Assembly: GCA_049305795.1 (NCBI GenBank)
Contig: JBAQPM010000006.1
Span: 38,902 to 102,901 of the forward strand
DNA from: Minisyncoccia bacterium
GTDB lineage: Bacteria; Patescibacteriota; Minisyncoccia; Phycocordibacterales; Phycocordibacteraceae
Reading direction: 5' to 3'
Length of the DNA: 64,000 nt
Shown here: one piece after another, positions 47,457 through 56,558 of the stretch
How positions within the stretch are numbered: position 1 is the first letter of the stretch
How the letters are laid out: every line of letters starts with the position of its first letter
The notes under the pieces: model-generated
What the model was told of the DNA's origin: nothing
Seen by the model: only the letters and a program-made list of their open reading frames with translations
The model's database searches: none
Position numbers and translations under genes: made by a program

Positions 47457-48854
47457 ATGTCTTCAGGAGGTGGTCACGGGGGAGGCGGTTTGCCATTTTT
47501 GGGTTCAATTACGGGCTTCACTCACGCACTGCACGCTAAGCACGGTGTGCATTTGCCGATGTGGCCCTTTCCCACATTGTTTGTCGTTCAAAATTTTCTC
47601 TTTCTCCTCTTTGCTCCTACGCAAACATTTCAAAATTACGAATTTCTCCTTTTTCTTTCTCCCCTATGGCTCCCGATCCTGCTTATCCGTTTTATGTGGG
47701 AGAGGCGGAAGGACGTAATGCAATATGCCTATAGTTTTTCTCAAGACAAGGTGCTTCTTGAAATCCGTATTCCACGGGAAGTACGCAAAACACCTCTTGC
47801 CATGCAGTCCTTTTTCACAAGCATACATTTGAGCCCCGGCGAAGGTACCTGGTACAAAAAACATATTCTGGGCCGCACCCGCCCCACGTGGTCTTTTGAA
47901 TTGGTTTCAATTGAAGGACAAGTGCATTTTTGCGTGTGGACTCGCGAATCTTTTCGTCGAGCTATAGAAACCTATTTGTATGCTGAATATCCGGGCATAG
48001 AGGTTATTGAAGTACCTGATTTTTTACGGACCTTTGAATTCGATCAGCACGAAAAACATCGCGCCTGGTCGTGTGAATATGCCCTTAATCAACCCGACCC
48101 GGTTCCTATTAAATCATTTGTTGATTTTGGTATTGATAAACCAGGGCTTAAACCTGAGGAGGTTGCTGACCCGTTGTCCCACGTTATTGAATTTCTCGGC
48201 TCTCTTGGTAAGGGTGAGCGTGCGTGGATTCAAATCATTCTTCAAACTCACAAAGGAGGAAAATATAACCGCAAAAATGCAAAAGGAGGGGTATATACCT
48301 GGAAGGATGAAGCAGACGAGATGATTAAAGAAATAAAAGACTCCACGGTTTCTGAAACCCAGTATGTCGACGCTGTCACGGGGAAGCTTGTAAAAAGCAA
48401 AGGATTTCCAAACCCAACCAAAGGCCAGGTTGAATATATGGGTGAAATCGGACGAAATGCGTATATGCCAGGTTTTGATGTCGGTATCCGCTCGCTCTAT
48501 ATTGCAGAGAAAGATCGGTATTTCGGAACTATCGGCGCGCATCTTTCACAAATATTCAGAGTTTTTGCGGGAAGCAATGTGCTTGGACCGCATCCATCGG
48601 TAGGTTCTGAAAAATTTAGCGAGTTCCCCTGGGAGGATCCAAGTGGTCATCACTACCAACACGAAATGCAAAAGATGTTTGATTTTGCAAAGCGTCGCGT
48701 TTATTTCCACTACCCATATAAGGGTCCAAACATGGTCATGAGCACAGAATCGCTCGCAACTCTCTACCACATACCTTCTTCGACAACCACGACGCCGGGT
48801 CTTCCACGCATCCAATCAACAACATCAGAAGCTCCACCTAACCTACCGATATGA
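47457..48854 (+). CDS. hypothetical membrane-associated protein (465 aa)
   Basis: A Gly-rich N-terminus and two hydrophobic segments are followed by a large soluble domain. No family is recognised. Confidence 0.5.
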   Translation: MSSGGGHGGGGLPFLGSITGFTHALHAKHGVHLPMWPFPTLFVVQNFLFLLFAPTQTFQNYEFLLFLSPLWLPILLIRFMWERRKDVMQYAYSFSQDKVLLEIRIPREVRKTPLAMQSFFTSIHLSPGEGTWYKKHILGRTRPTWSFELVSIEGQVHFCVWTRESFRRAIETYLYAEYPGIEVIEVPDFLRTFEFDQHEKHRAWSCEYALNQPDPVPIKSFVDFGIDKPGLKPEEVADPLSHVIEFLGSLGKGERAWIQIILQTHKGGKYNRKNAKGGVYTWKDEADEMIKEIKDSTVSETQYVDAVTGKLVKSKGFPNPTKGQVEYMGEIGRNAYMPGFDVGIRSLYIAEKDRYFGTIGAHLSQIFRVFAGSNVLGPHPSVGSEKFSEFPWEDPSGHHYQHEMQKMFDFAKRRVYFHYPYKGPNMVMSTESLATLYHIPSSTTTTPGLPRIQSTTSEAPPNLPI

Positions 48855-49867
48855 GGTTACTGTTGCTAACGAAAGACGCGCTTCTCGCTGCGTGGGTAGC
48901 GATAACATTTAATGTTGCTCGTCTGCGTGTGTTGTATGCTTCGGGATTTCTTGCCGGTCTTCTTTTGCTCGGCATTGTTGGATATATCGTGTATGTTCCT
49001 GTCGCTGGTTTTCGATTGGGAACACGTATCACGATTGAAGAGGGAGCATCTATTTCAGATATTGCCCAGAAACTTGCGGACGAACAGGTCATCCGTTCTC
49101 CTTTTTTATTTGAAGCTGGTATCCGAATCCTTTCTGCAGCAAAAACACCGCAGGCCGGTACCTATGTATTTGCAGAGCCGGCAGGTCTCGCATCAGTTAC
49201 CCATCGTGTTCTGTTTGGTATCTATGGCATCACGCCGACGCGGGTTGTATTTCCCGAAGGTTCAACGGTGCGTGAAATGGGAGAAATTCTTTCCGAGCGC
49301 ATTCCTGGATTTGACGTTGTAGCGTTTACTAAGGAAGCGGCGCCTTTTGAAGGATATGTATATCCGGACACGTATTTCGTATATCCAGATGTAACGCCGC
49401 ATGAAATTCTAACCATGTCCTATGAAAATTTCATGACACATCTTTCGTCTGTTGATGAAAAGATACAGGCGTTTGGTCGTCCCACTTCGGAAGTGTTGGT
49501 GATGGCGTCTCTTCTTGAAAAGGAAGCCCGGACGCTTGAAGAGAGACGTATGATTGCTGGCATTTTATGGAATCGTATTGAAGAGGATATGCCGCTTCAA
49601 GTTGATGCAGTGTTTGGATATATCAATAATCGTGATACATACAGCCCGCTCCTTTCGGATCTTGCCATAGATTCTCCGTACAACACGTATAAAAACAAGG
49701 GACTTCCTCCGGGGCCCATCACGAATCCAAGTATTGAATCCATCCTTGCAGCTATAACTCCCGCAACCACCACTGATTTGTATTACCTCACCGGGAATGA
49801 TGGGAATATGCACTATGCGCAAACATTTGCACAGCATAAGAAAAATCGTTCACTCTATCTAGATTAG
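48851..49867 (+). CDS. mltG: endolytic murein transglycosylase MltG (YceG-like)
   Basis: An N-terminal TM is followed by a YceG core with GILWNRI and LQVDAVFGY. Confidence 0.85.
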   Translation: MRLLLLTKDALLAAWVAITFNVARLRVLYASGFLAGLLLLGIVGYIVYVPVAGFRLGTRITIEEGASISDIAQKLADEQVIRSPFLFEAGIRILSAAKTPQAGTYVFAEPAGLASVTHRVLFGIYGITPTRVVFPEGSTVREMGEILSERIPGFDVVAFTKEAAPFEGYVYPDTYFVYPDVTPHEILTMSYENFMTHLSSVDEKIQAFGRPTSEVLVMASLLEKEARTLEERRMIAGILWNRIEEDMPLQVDAVFGYINNRDTYSPLLSDLAIDSPYNTYKNKGLPPGPITNPSIESILAAITPATTTDLYYLTGNDGNMHYAQTFAQHKKNRSLYLD

Positions 49868-49921
49868 GTAAGCGGTCGTATCTTTGAGAAGAATACGACC
49901 GCTCGTTTGGTTTCTTGTCTT

Positions 49922-50269
49922 TCATGGGTGTCTCTCCATGTTGATGTTGAGGCGGGTGTCTCGATGTTCTCGTTCTCGCCAGAACGACACACTTTGGCCA
50001 ATCCAAAGCTCTTTTTGCGTGGGATCTCGTATCAGCAACCATTCCTCCTCATTAGTAGAGGAAACTTGAAGGATTGCCTCATGAGTTCCTGGCTCAAGTT
50101 TGGTTGGACGTCGTATGTCCGGATCATCTGGATCTCGCAGCACGATGATCAGTGTTTTCGTGACCACCAGCAGTGCTCGTCCCTGCACTTCATGAAAAAC
50201 TTCTTTATTCAAAGAACTCACCTCCTTTCGGTGATTTTGGAAGTCTCCTCTATTGAGATAGAATCGCAT
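49922..50269 (-). CDS. possible small hypothetical protein divergent from mnmA
   Basis: The reading frame is protein-like from the internal Met. There is no clear RBS. A competing + strand ORF at 49907-50290 is less protein-like. Confidence 0.3.
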   Translation of the reverse strand: MRFYLNRGDFQNHRKEVSSLNKEVFHEVQGRALLVVTKTLIIVLRDPDDPDIRRPTKLEPGTHEAILQVSSTNEEEWLLIRDPTQKELWIGQSVSFWREREHRDTRLNINMERHP

Positions 50270-51332
50270 GATGAAAGAGTTTGTCAATAAACGGGTGTTT
50301 GTAGGACTCTCTGGGGGAGTTGATTCTGCCGTTTCTGCCGCGCTTCTCAAAGAGGCAGGCGCAAAGGTAACCGGCGTGTTTATAAAAGGCTGGTATCCGC
50401 CCCAATTGCCCTGCACCTGGAGGGCAGACAGGCGAGACGCCATGCGTGTTGCAGCGCACCTTCAGATACCGTTTCTCACGCTTGATGCAAGCAAAGAATA
50501 CAAAACGGCAGTCATCGACTATCTCATTCGTGAATATGCTCTTGGTCGCACGCCAAACCCGGACATCATGTGTAATCGTGAGGTTAAATTTGGCGCTTTT
50601 TACAGGTATGCGCGGGTGCAGAGTGCTGATTTTATCGCAACTGGTCACTATGCGCGGGTGGAAAGGGGAGTTGCGGGAGAGACAAATCTTTTACGCGGTA
50701 CCGATCCTTCAAAAGACCAGAGCTATTTTTTGTGGGCTATTTCCAAAGAAGTGTTGCCACACCTTATTTTTCCTGTAGGAAATCTTTTGAAAGAAGAGGT
50801 ACGCAAATATGCAAAACGATTCACGCTTCCTGTCGCTACGAAAAAAGATAGTCAAGGTATTTGTTTTCTTGGAGACATATCCATTGAAGATTTTCTTAAA
50901 AGCGAAATTGGTCTTACTTCTGGAATTGCGTATGACGAGTCGGGAAACCAGATAGGAACGCATGGTGGTGTAGTCGCGTATACACTCGGAGAACGGGTTT
51001 CACTTATCGATGCTCCTGCCGGACCCTGGTATGTTCTTGCAAAACGCATTCGGGAAAATGAACTTGTGGTATCACACCTGCCGTATGCCACCTCACAAGG
51101 AGTTGGGCGTGATATCAAGCTTGCCGCTACCAATTGGTTTGTACGTCCAGTGCCGCAAGAAATATATCAAGCTCAATATCGCTATCATGGACTAGAGATA
51201 GCGGGAACGTATGATACTGAGAATTCAGTTTTCAAACCTAGCGAGTCTCCGAAAGACACCCTTTCGCCTGGTCAGTCCCTGGTGCTGTATAGGGGGAACT
51301 GCGTCGTCGGAGGTGGTAGTATAGAGGCATAA
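50268..51332 (+). CDS. mnmA: tRNA-specific 2-thiouridylase
   Basis: The PP-loop is GLSGGVDSAV, with catalytic Cys context PCTW and CFLG. Confidence 0.9.
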   Translation: MMKEFVNKRVFVGLSGGVDSAVSAALLKEAGAKVTGVFIKGWYPPQLPCTWRADRRDAMRVAAHLQIPFLTLDASKEYKTAVIDYLIREYALGRTPNPDIMCNREVKFGAFYRYARVQSADFIATGHYARVERGVAGETNLLRGTDPSKDQSYFLWAISKEVLPHLIFPVGNLLKEEVRKYAKRFTLPVATKKDSQGICFLGDISIEDFLKSEIGLTSGIAYDESGNQIGTHGGVVAYTLGERVSLIDAPAGPWYVLAKRIRENELVVSHLPYATSQGVGRDIKLAATNWFVRPVPQEIYQAQYRYHGLEIAGTYDTENSVFKPSESPKDTLSPGQSLVLYRGNCVVGGGSIEA

Positions 51333-51733
51333 TGAGGGTTTGGATTGCAGCCGGAGTCTTTATAGTGGTGGGTATTGGAGCTTTTTTCGTTTTTGTATTT
51401 CGCACGGGCGAAGATGTTCCCTTAGAGAAAGATACTGAAATTTCAGCGCCCGTCATGACCGACCTTACGTTCACCCATACCTATAAAACAGGGACGCATA
51501 CCATACGGGGTGCTGTTACCGTGCCTACGCGCTGTATCACGGTCGCTGCAAAAGCCATTGTGGACGCCTCTTCCACTCCGGAAAATATACGTCTGGATCT
51601 TACGGCACCTTCTGAAACTGGTGTGTGCCTTCGGTTGCCCACGAATGCATCATTTTCAGTGACGGCCCAGGCGAACGAGGATGCAACACTCAGTATTTTT
51701 GAAAATGGTGTTCTTGCCACGAGCACTCCGTAG
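51332..51733 (+). CDS. hypothetical membrane-anchored protein (133 aa)
   Basis: It has an N-terminal TM helix. The start overlaps the mnmA stop. Confidence 0.45.
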   Translation: MRVWIAAGVFIVVGIGAFFVFVFRTGEDVPLEKDTEISAPVMTDLTFTHTYKTGTHTIRGAVTVPTRCITVAAKAIVDASSTPENIRLDLTAPSETGVCLRLPTNASFSVTAQANEDATLSIFENGVLATSTP

Positions 51734-51735
51734 AT

Positions 51736-52605
51736 ATGGAAACCACCGTTGTATCTCCAGCTAAAAATATTTCAATAATTAAAGCCGATGGGGCAGTAGA
51801 GCGTTTTGAGCCTGAGAAACTTGCGGCCTCGCTCCGCAGGGCCGGGGCAGGAATGCACACCGCAGCTCGTATTGCCGGTACCATCACGGCGACGGCTCCG
51901 AAAGAAGTAAATTCCCACGAAGTATATCGAAAAGCGTTTGCCATGTTGCGCCGAGAGGCGCGGCCTGCGGCCGCACGCTATGCGCTTCGACGCGCGCTTC
52001 TTGAATTCGGTCCCTCGGGACATCCTTTCGAAGATTTTGTTGCGCAACTCTTTAGTTCAGAAGGTTGGAAGGTCGAGTGGCGCAAAATCATTAAAGGAAG
52101 GTGTGTTTCTCACGAAGTCGATGTGTACGCGACGCGAGGAAATGAAACCATGGCTGCCGAACTTAAATATCATAATGACGCTTTTTACAAAACCGATGTA
52201 AAAGTTGCCCTCTATGTGAAGGCGCGTTTTGACGATATCTGGAACTGCGATCCTCGTGTAAAAACATGCCCTATGGATCGCGGATTTCTTATCACCAATA
52301 CGAAATTCACGAGCCAGGCCATCGACTATGGAACCTGCGCGGGCATTGAACTTGTTGGCTGGAACTATCCTGAACAAGGAAATCTGTATGACCGCATCAT
52401 TGCCTCCGGACTCTATCCCATCACAACGCTGACGATGCTTAAAAAAGCCGAAAAAAAACTGCTCATCAACAATGGCATTGTTACCTCCTCAATGCTTCGC
52501 GACAACCGGGAAGCACTCCGCTCTATCGGTGTTCCCTCAGAGCGAATTGGAGGTATACTCGGAGAGATTGAATCACTGCGCTCACCCATGTCCTATGCCA
52601 CCTAA
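51736..52605 (+). CDS. ATP-cone domain fused to Mrr-cat restriction-endonuclease-like domain
   Basis: An N-terminal ATP-cone-like segment IIKADGAVERFEPEKLAASLRRAG is followed by an Mrr_cat-like segment FEDFVAQLFSSEGWKVEWRK...HEVDVYATRGNE...KYH. Confidence 0.65.
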   Translation: METTVVSPAKNISIIKADGAVERFEPEKLAASLRRAGAGMHTAARIAGTITATAPKEVNSHEVYRKAFAMLRREARPAAARYALRRALLEFGPSGHPFEDFVAQLFSSEGWKVEWRKIIKGRCVSHEVDVYATRGNETMAAELKYHNDAFYKTDVKVALYVKARFDDIWNCDPRVKTCPMDRGFLITNTKFTSQAIDYGTCAGIELVGWNYPEQGNLYDRIIASGLYPITTLTMLKKAEKKLLINNGIVTSSMLRDNREALRSIGVPSERIGGILGEIESLRSPMSYAT

Positions 52606-53086
52606 CATTGTCCAACAACACACCCAAACAAAAAAAGTTCTCATTGGTTTTGCCCTGAGCCTCATTCTCCTTATGGGCGCGGTGGTGTGGCTCGTGCTTT
52701 CTCAGTCAAAACCAGAAGGAAACATACCTTCGACCGAGCAGCGTGAAGCGGCACAGCAATACATTGTTTCGGTTCAAGACCAAAAGGCCGGCACTACGGT
52801 GGAGGTCGAATCAATCAGCATAGCTGCGACTGCCAACCTATGGGTTGCCGTAGCGGAAACAGACAGTGAAGAAATCACTCGTGTCCTTGGTGCTGCACGA
52901 GTAGTTAGCGGAGCAGGCAAGATTGAAATAAATCTTCTTCGCGCGACAATACCAAACACTTCGTATGCCGTTGTGCTGTACCGAGACGACGGCGACCAGA
53001 TCTTTGACCTATATAAAGACAGTGTCTATATAGATTTTGAAAGTGGCAAACGAGTAGTAGTGCCTTTCAAAACACTTGCCGAATAA
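52595..53086 (+). CDS. hypothetical membrane-anchored protein
   Basis: An internal start at 52595 overlaps the upstream stop. There is one N-terminal TM helix. Confidence 0.45.
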   Translation: MPPNIVQQHTQTKKVLIGFALSLILLMGAVVWLVLSQSKPEGNIPSTEQREAAQQYIVSVQDQKAGTTVEVESISIAATANLWVAVAETDSEEITRVLGAARVVSGAGKIEINLLRATIPNTSYAVVLYRDDGDQIFDLYKDSVYIDFESGKRVVVPFKTLAE

Positions 53087-53091
53087 CCAGC

Positions 53092-53874
53092 ATGGCTTTC
53101 GGCGGATATAAATTAAAGTGGGAGAAAGGGCGTTTTGACCCTTCTTCTAAAGAGCCCTACACACTGAGCCGTTCAAAAGTAGAACGATACTTGGAATGTC
53201 CGCGCTGTTTTTGGCTTGAAGCCCGCTATGGCATTGGAAGGCCTGATACGCCACCTTTTACGCTTAACAACGCCGTTGATGAGTTGTTCAAAAAGGAATT
53301 TGATATACATCGCGCAAAAGGCGAACCGCATCCACTCATGAAAACGTACGGCATAGATGCTGTGCCTTTCAAACACGAGAAAATGGAAGAATGGCGTGAC
53401 GCGTTCAAACGCGGTATTAAGTATCACCACACACCAACGAATCTTATTTTTCGTGGCGGGATTGATGACGTGTGGCAGGGAAAGAATGGGGAGCTATATA
53501 TTGTTGATTACAAAGCCACTGCCGGAAAAGACGAAGTAACGCTCGACGATGAGTGGAAAGATGCCTATAAGCGTCAAATTGAAATGTATCAGTGGCTCTT
53601 TCGCCATAATGATTTTACGGTTTCTCCTACCGCCTATTTCGTATACGCCAATGGCGACAATGATAAAAAAGCTTTCGATGGGAAACTCGAATTTGATATC
53701 ATTATCCTGCCCTATGAAGGAGATGATTCCTGGGTGGAAGGTACCCTTACGGATCTCAAGACATGTTTGATGGATGATGAAATTCCAAAACCTGGATCTC
53801 GTTGTGAATACTGCCCCTATCGTGAGCACGCCGGCAAAACGTTGCTTTCACTCGTAAAAGCAAAGAAAAAATAA
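53092..53874 (+). CDS. PD-(D/E)XK nuclease, Cas4/RecB-like with four Cys
   Basis: An N-terminal CPRC is followed by the core GGIDDVW...YIVDYKAT and a C-terminal CEYCP. This is a Cas4-like Fe-S architecture. Confidence 0.7.
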   Translation: MAFGGYKLKWEKGRFDPSSKEPYTLSRSKVERYLECPRCFWLEARYGIGRPDTPPFTLNNAVDELFKKEFDIHRAKGEPHPLMKTYGIDAVPFKHEKMEEWRDAFKRGIKYHHTPTNLIFRGGIDDVWQGKNGELYIVDYKATAGKDEVTLDDEWKDAYKRQIEMYQWLFRHNDFTVSPTAYFVYANGDNDKKAFDGKLEFDIIILPYEGDDSWVEGTLTDLKTCLMDDEIPKPGSRCEYCPYREHAGKTLLSLVKAKKK

Positions 53875-53875
53875 C

Positions 53876-54544
53876 ATGAACGTCGTGATAGACGACTCTT
53901 GGAGAGAGAAGTTGCAAGAAGAGTTTGAGAAGCCATATTTTGCAGACCTTACTTCTTTTGTGAAAAAGGAATATCTCAGTGAAAAAATTTATCCGGCACC
54001 TAAACATATTTTTCGCGCCTTTGATTTGTGTCCTTTCGAGAAAGTGAAAGTGGTCATTTTGGGCCAAGACCCCTATCACGGAGCGGGCCAAGCAAATGGT
54101 CTTTCTTTTGCAGTGGACAACGGAGTCACAACACCTCCTTCTCTGCAAAATATTTTCAAGGAGATAGAAAGTGATTTTGGGAAACCGCTTGTGCACAAAA
54201 CCGGAGATCTCTCGAGGTGGGCAACACAGGGTGTGCTGTTATTAAATGCCACGCTCACGGTGAAAGCGCATGCAGCCGGCTCGCATCAGGGCCGTGGGTG
54301 GGAATTGTTTACAGACGCCGCTGTGCGCGCCCTTTCAGAAGGGCGCGAGCACCTGGTCTTTATGCTGTGGGGTAATTATGCAAAGGCAAAAGGTGCGCAT
54401 ATTGACCGCCTAAAACATCTCGTGCTTGAAGCTCCGCACCCCTCACCATTTTCAGCGGCAAACGGTTTTTTCGGCTGCAAGCATTTCAGCAAAGCAAACG
54501 ACTACTTAGTTGCACACAATCAAACTCCAATTGATTGGCTCTAA
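53876..54544 (+). CDS. ung: uracil-DNA glycosylase (family 1)
   Basis: Motifs GQDPYH and HPSPFS are present. Confidence 0.9.
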   Translation: MNVVIDDSWREKLQEEFEKPYFADLTSFVKKEYLSEKIYPAPKHIFRAFDLCPFEKVKVVILGQDPYHGAGQANGLSFAVDNGVTTPPSLQNIFKEIESDFGKPLVHKTGDLSRWATQGVLLLNATLTVKAHAAGSHQGRGWELFTDAAVRALSEGREHLVFMLWGNYAKAKGAHIDRLKHLVLEAPHPSPFSAANGFFGCKHFSKANDYLVAHNQTPIDWL

Positions 54545-54545
54545 A

Positions 54546-56513
54546 TTACCAAATTTTTGCACGTGCGGTGGAAGTTCGGTACAACTTGTCACCCGTAGTA
54601 ACACCAAACGTTTCGTAAAACTCGTCTACGTTTGAGGCGGGACCATTGATGCGGAATGTGCCGGGCGAGTGGGGGTCGTTCAAAGCATGCATTTTTTCAA
54701 ATTCTGGACGACAGATCTCACGTTCGAAAACAGCAAAGGCAACAAAGAATCGTTCGAGGGGAGAAAACCCGTCAATGGTCACACTCGGATGTTTTACAAG
54801 GTGATTTTTATAGGCATCAAGGGCAATGACAAGACCGCCAAGATCAGCAACATTTTCTCCAAGAGTGAGTTTTCCATTTACCGGCACTCCGTCTGCAACT
54901 TTGTATTGATTAAATTGCATAACGAGCTGTTTCGTTTTTGCTTCGAAACGTTTTTTATCTTCCGATGTCCACCATGTTTTTACGTTGCCCTTGGCATCAT
55001 ATTTTGCCCCCTGATCATCAAACCCATGAGTCATTTCGTGTCCAATAACCGTACCTATACAGCCATAGTTGTGCGCATCGTCAGCAGAAAGGTCAAAGAA
55101 TGGTAGCTGCAAGATGGCAGCAGGGAAGACGATTTCATTCAAGCTTGCTGAAAAATAAGCGTTTACCGTTTGTGGATACATAAACCACTCCTTTCGATCG
55201 ACGGGTTTTTCAAGCTTTTTCATTTCACGACGATGTTCGTAAAGGGCAGTACGCATAACATTGCCAACATACTCGTCTGCTTTGATGACAAGACCCTTAT
55301 ACGATTTCCAACGATCGGGATAGCCGATCTTGTGATTCATGGTGTGCAATTTTGCAATAGCTTTTTTCTTTGTCGGAGCACTCATCCAGTCAAGGTTTTT
55401 AATACGCTGTTCGTACGCAACAAACAAATCTTCTACGAGAGCGTTCATGCGTTTTTTTGCTTCAGGACCAAAATGTTTTTCAACGTAGAGCTTGCCAAGC
55501 ATTTCGCCCAGGTTTCCATTCACGGTGCTCAGGGTGCGTCGCCACAAGGGTTTTAGTGCTTTTGCGCCTGAAAGCACAGTTCCATAAAATGCAAAACTCT
55601 GTTTTACAAAGGCAGGGGAGAGAAATCCTGCAAAATCATTCACCAAATGCCATTCTAGATAAGTTTTCCAGTCAGAAAGCGAAATAGCATCAACCATGAT
55701 GGCAATTTCTTTGAAAAAGTCTGGCTGCATGACAATAAGGTCGCCGGCCTTTTTTGCGTCAATGTTTAGAAGATAGGTTGCCCAGTCAATCTGTGGCGCG
55801 ATCTTCTTTAATTTCGCACTGTTCATTTTGTGATAGGTCTTATCAATGTCACGCCGATCTTCTTTATTCATCCATGCTTTTGCAATGCGTGTTTCAACAC
55901 CTACGATAATTTTCACTTTTTGTTTTGTTTCTTGTGTGGCATATCCTGTAAGGCGAAACATCGCCTCGACGTGTTTTACATAGGCATCGTAAACGCGTTT
56001 CGATTCAGCATCATTTTTTAAATAGTAGTCACGATCAGGCATGCCGAGGCCATCTTGGAAAAGATGTAGGGCATACCGGTCGCTGTTTTTTGCGTCTTGA
56101 TCTATGCCTGCTCCCCAGAGCACACCGACACCGAGGCGGTGTAGGGTAGTAATCGTTGCGAGAAGATCTTTTTTCGATTCAATTTTTTCTATCTCCTGCC
56201 GTAACGTTTGTAGAGGTTTTATGCCAAGAGCGCGGCGGCGTTTTTCATCCATGCCGGAACGAAAGAAATCTCCAATCAATTGTTTAGGACTTCCTGCGGT
56301 ATATTTTTTCGTACTAAGCAGGCCTTTCACGATAGTGTGGAGTTGTTTTTCGGTCTTAACCCGAAGCATGACAAAACTTCCCCACCAAGATTCTGTCTTT
56401 GGAATGCTATTTCTTTGCATCCAGCCCCCATTTGCATATTGGTAGAAATCGTCCTGCGGACGTACTTTTGTATTGAGGTCTTTAGTCTTAAATCCAAGGA
56501 CTTTTTGTTTCAT
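54546..56513 (-). CDS. M13-family zinc metalloendopeptidase (PepO/neprilysin-like)
   Basis: Motifs HEMTHGFD and ENVADLGG are present in a 655-aa protein. Confidence 0.9.
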   Translation of the reverse strand: MKQKVLGFKTKDLNTKVRPQDDFYQYANGGWMQRNSIPKTESWWGSFVMLRVKTEKQLHTIVKGLLSTKKYTAGSPKQLIGDFFRSGMDEKRRRALGIKPLQTLRQEIEKIESKKDLLATITTLHRLGVGVLWGAGIDQDAKNSDRYALHLFQDGLGMPDRDYYLKNDAESKRVYDAYVKHVEAMFRLTGYATQETKQKVKIIVGVETRIAKAWMNKEDRRDIDKTYHKMNSAKLKKIAPQIDWATYLLNIDAKKAGDLIVMQPDFFKEIAIMVDAISLSDWKTYLEWHLVNDFAGFLSPAFVKQSFAFYGTVLSGAKALKPLWRRTLSTVNGNLGEMLGKLYVEKHFGPEAKKRMNALVEDLFVAYEQRIKNLDWMSAPTKKKAIAKLHTMNHKIGYPDRWKSYKGLVIKADEYVGNVMRTALYEHRREMKKLEKPVDRKEWFMYPQTVNAYFSASLNEIVFPAAILQLPFFDLSADDAHNYGCIGTVIGHEMTHGFDDQGAKYDAKGNVKTWWTSEDKKRFEAKTKQLVMQFNQYKVADGVPVNGKLTLGENVADLGGLVIALDAYKNHLVKHPSVTIDGFSPLERFFVAFAVFEREICRPEFEKMHALNDPHSPGTFRINGPASNVDEFYETFGVTTGDKLYRTSTARAKIW

Positions 56514-56558
56514 GCTGGGATTATAGTACCCGCGTAGTGTTCATGCTATCTTTTTCGT

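Noticed and set aside
49907-50290. 127-aa + strand ORF between mltG and mnmA
   Set aside because: It is Cys/Trp-rich with low-complexity-like composition and overlaps the mnmA start. The minus-strand frame is somewhat more protein-like. Neither is well supported.
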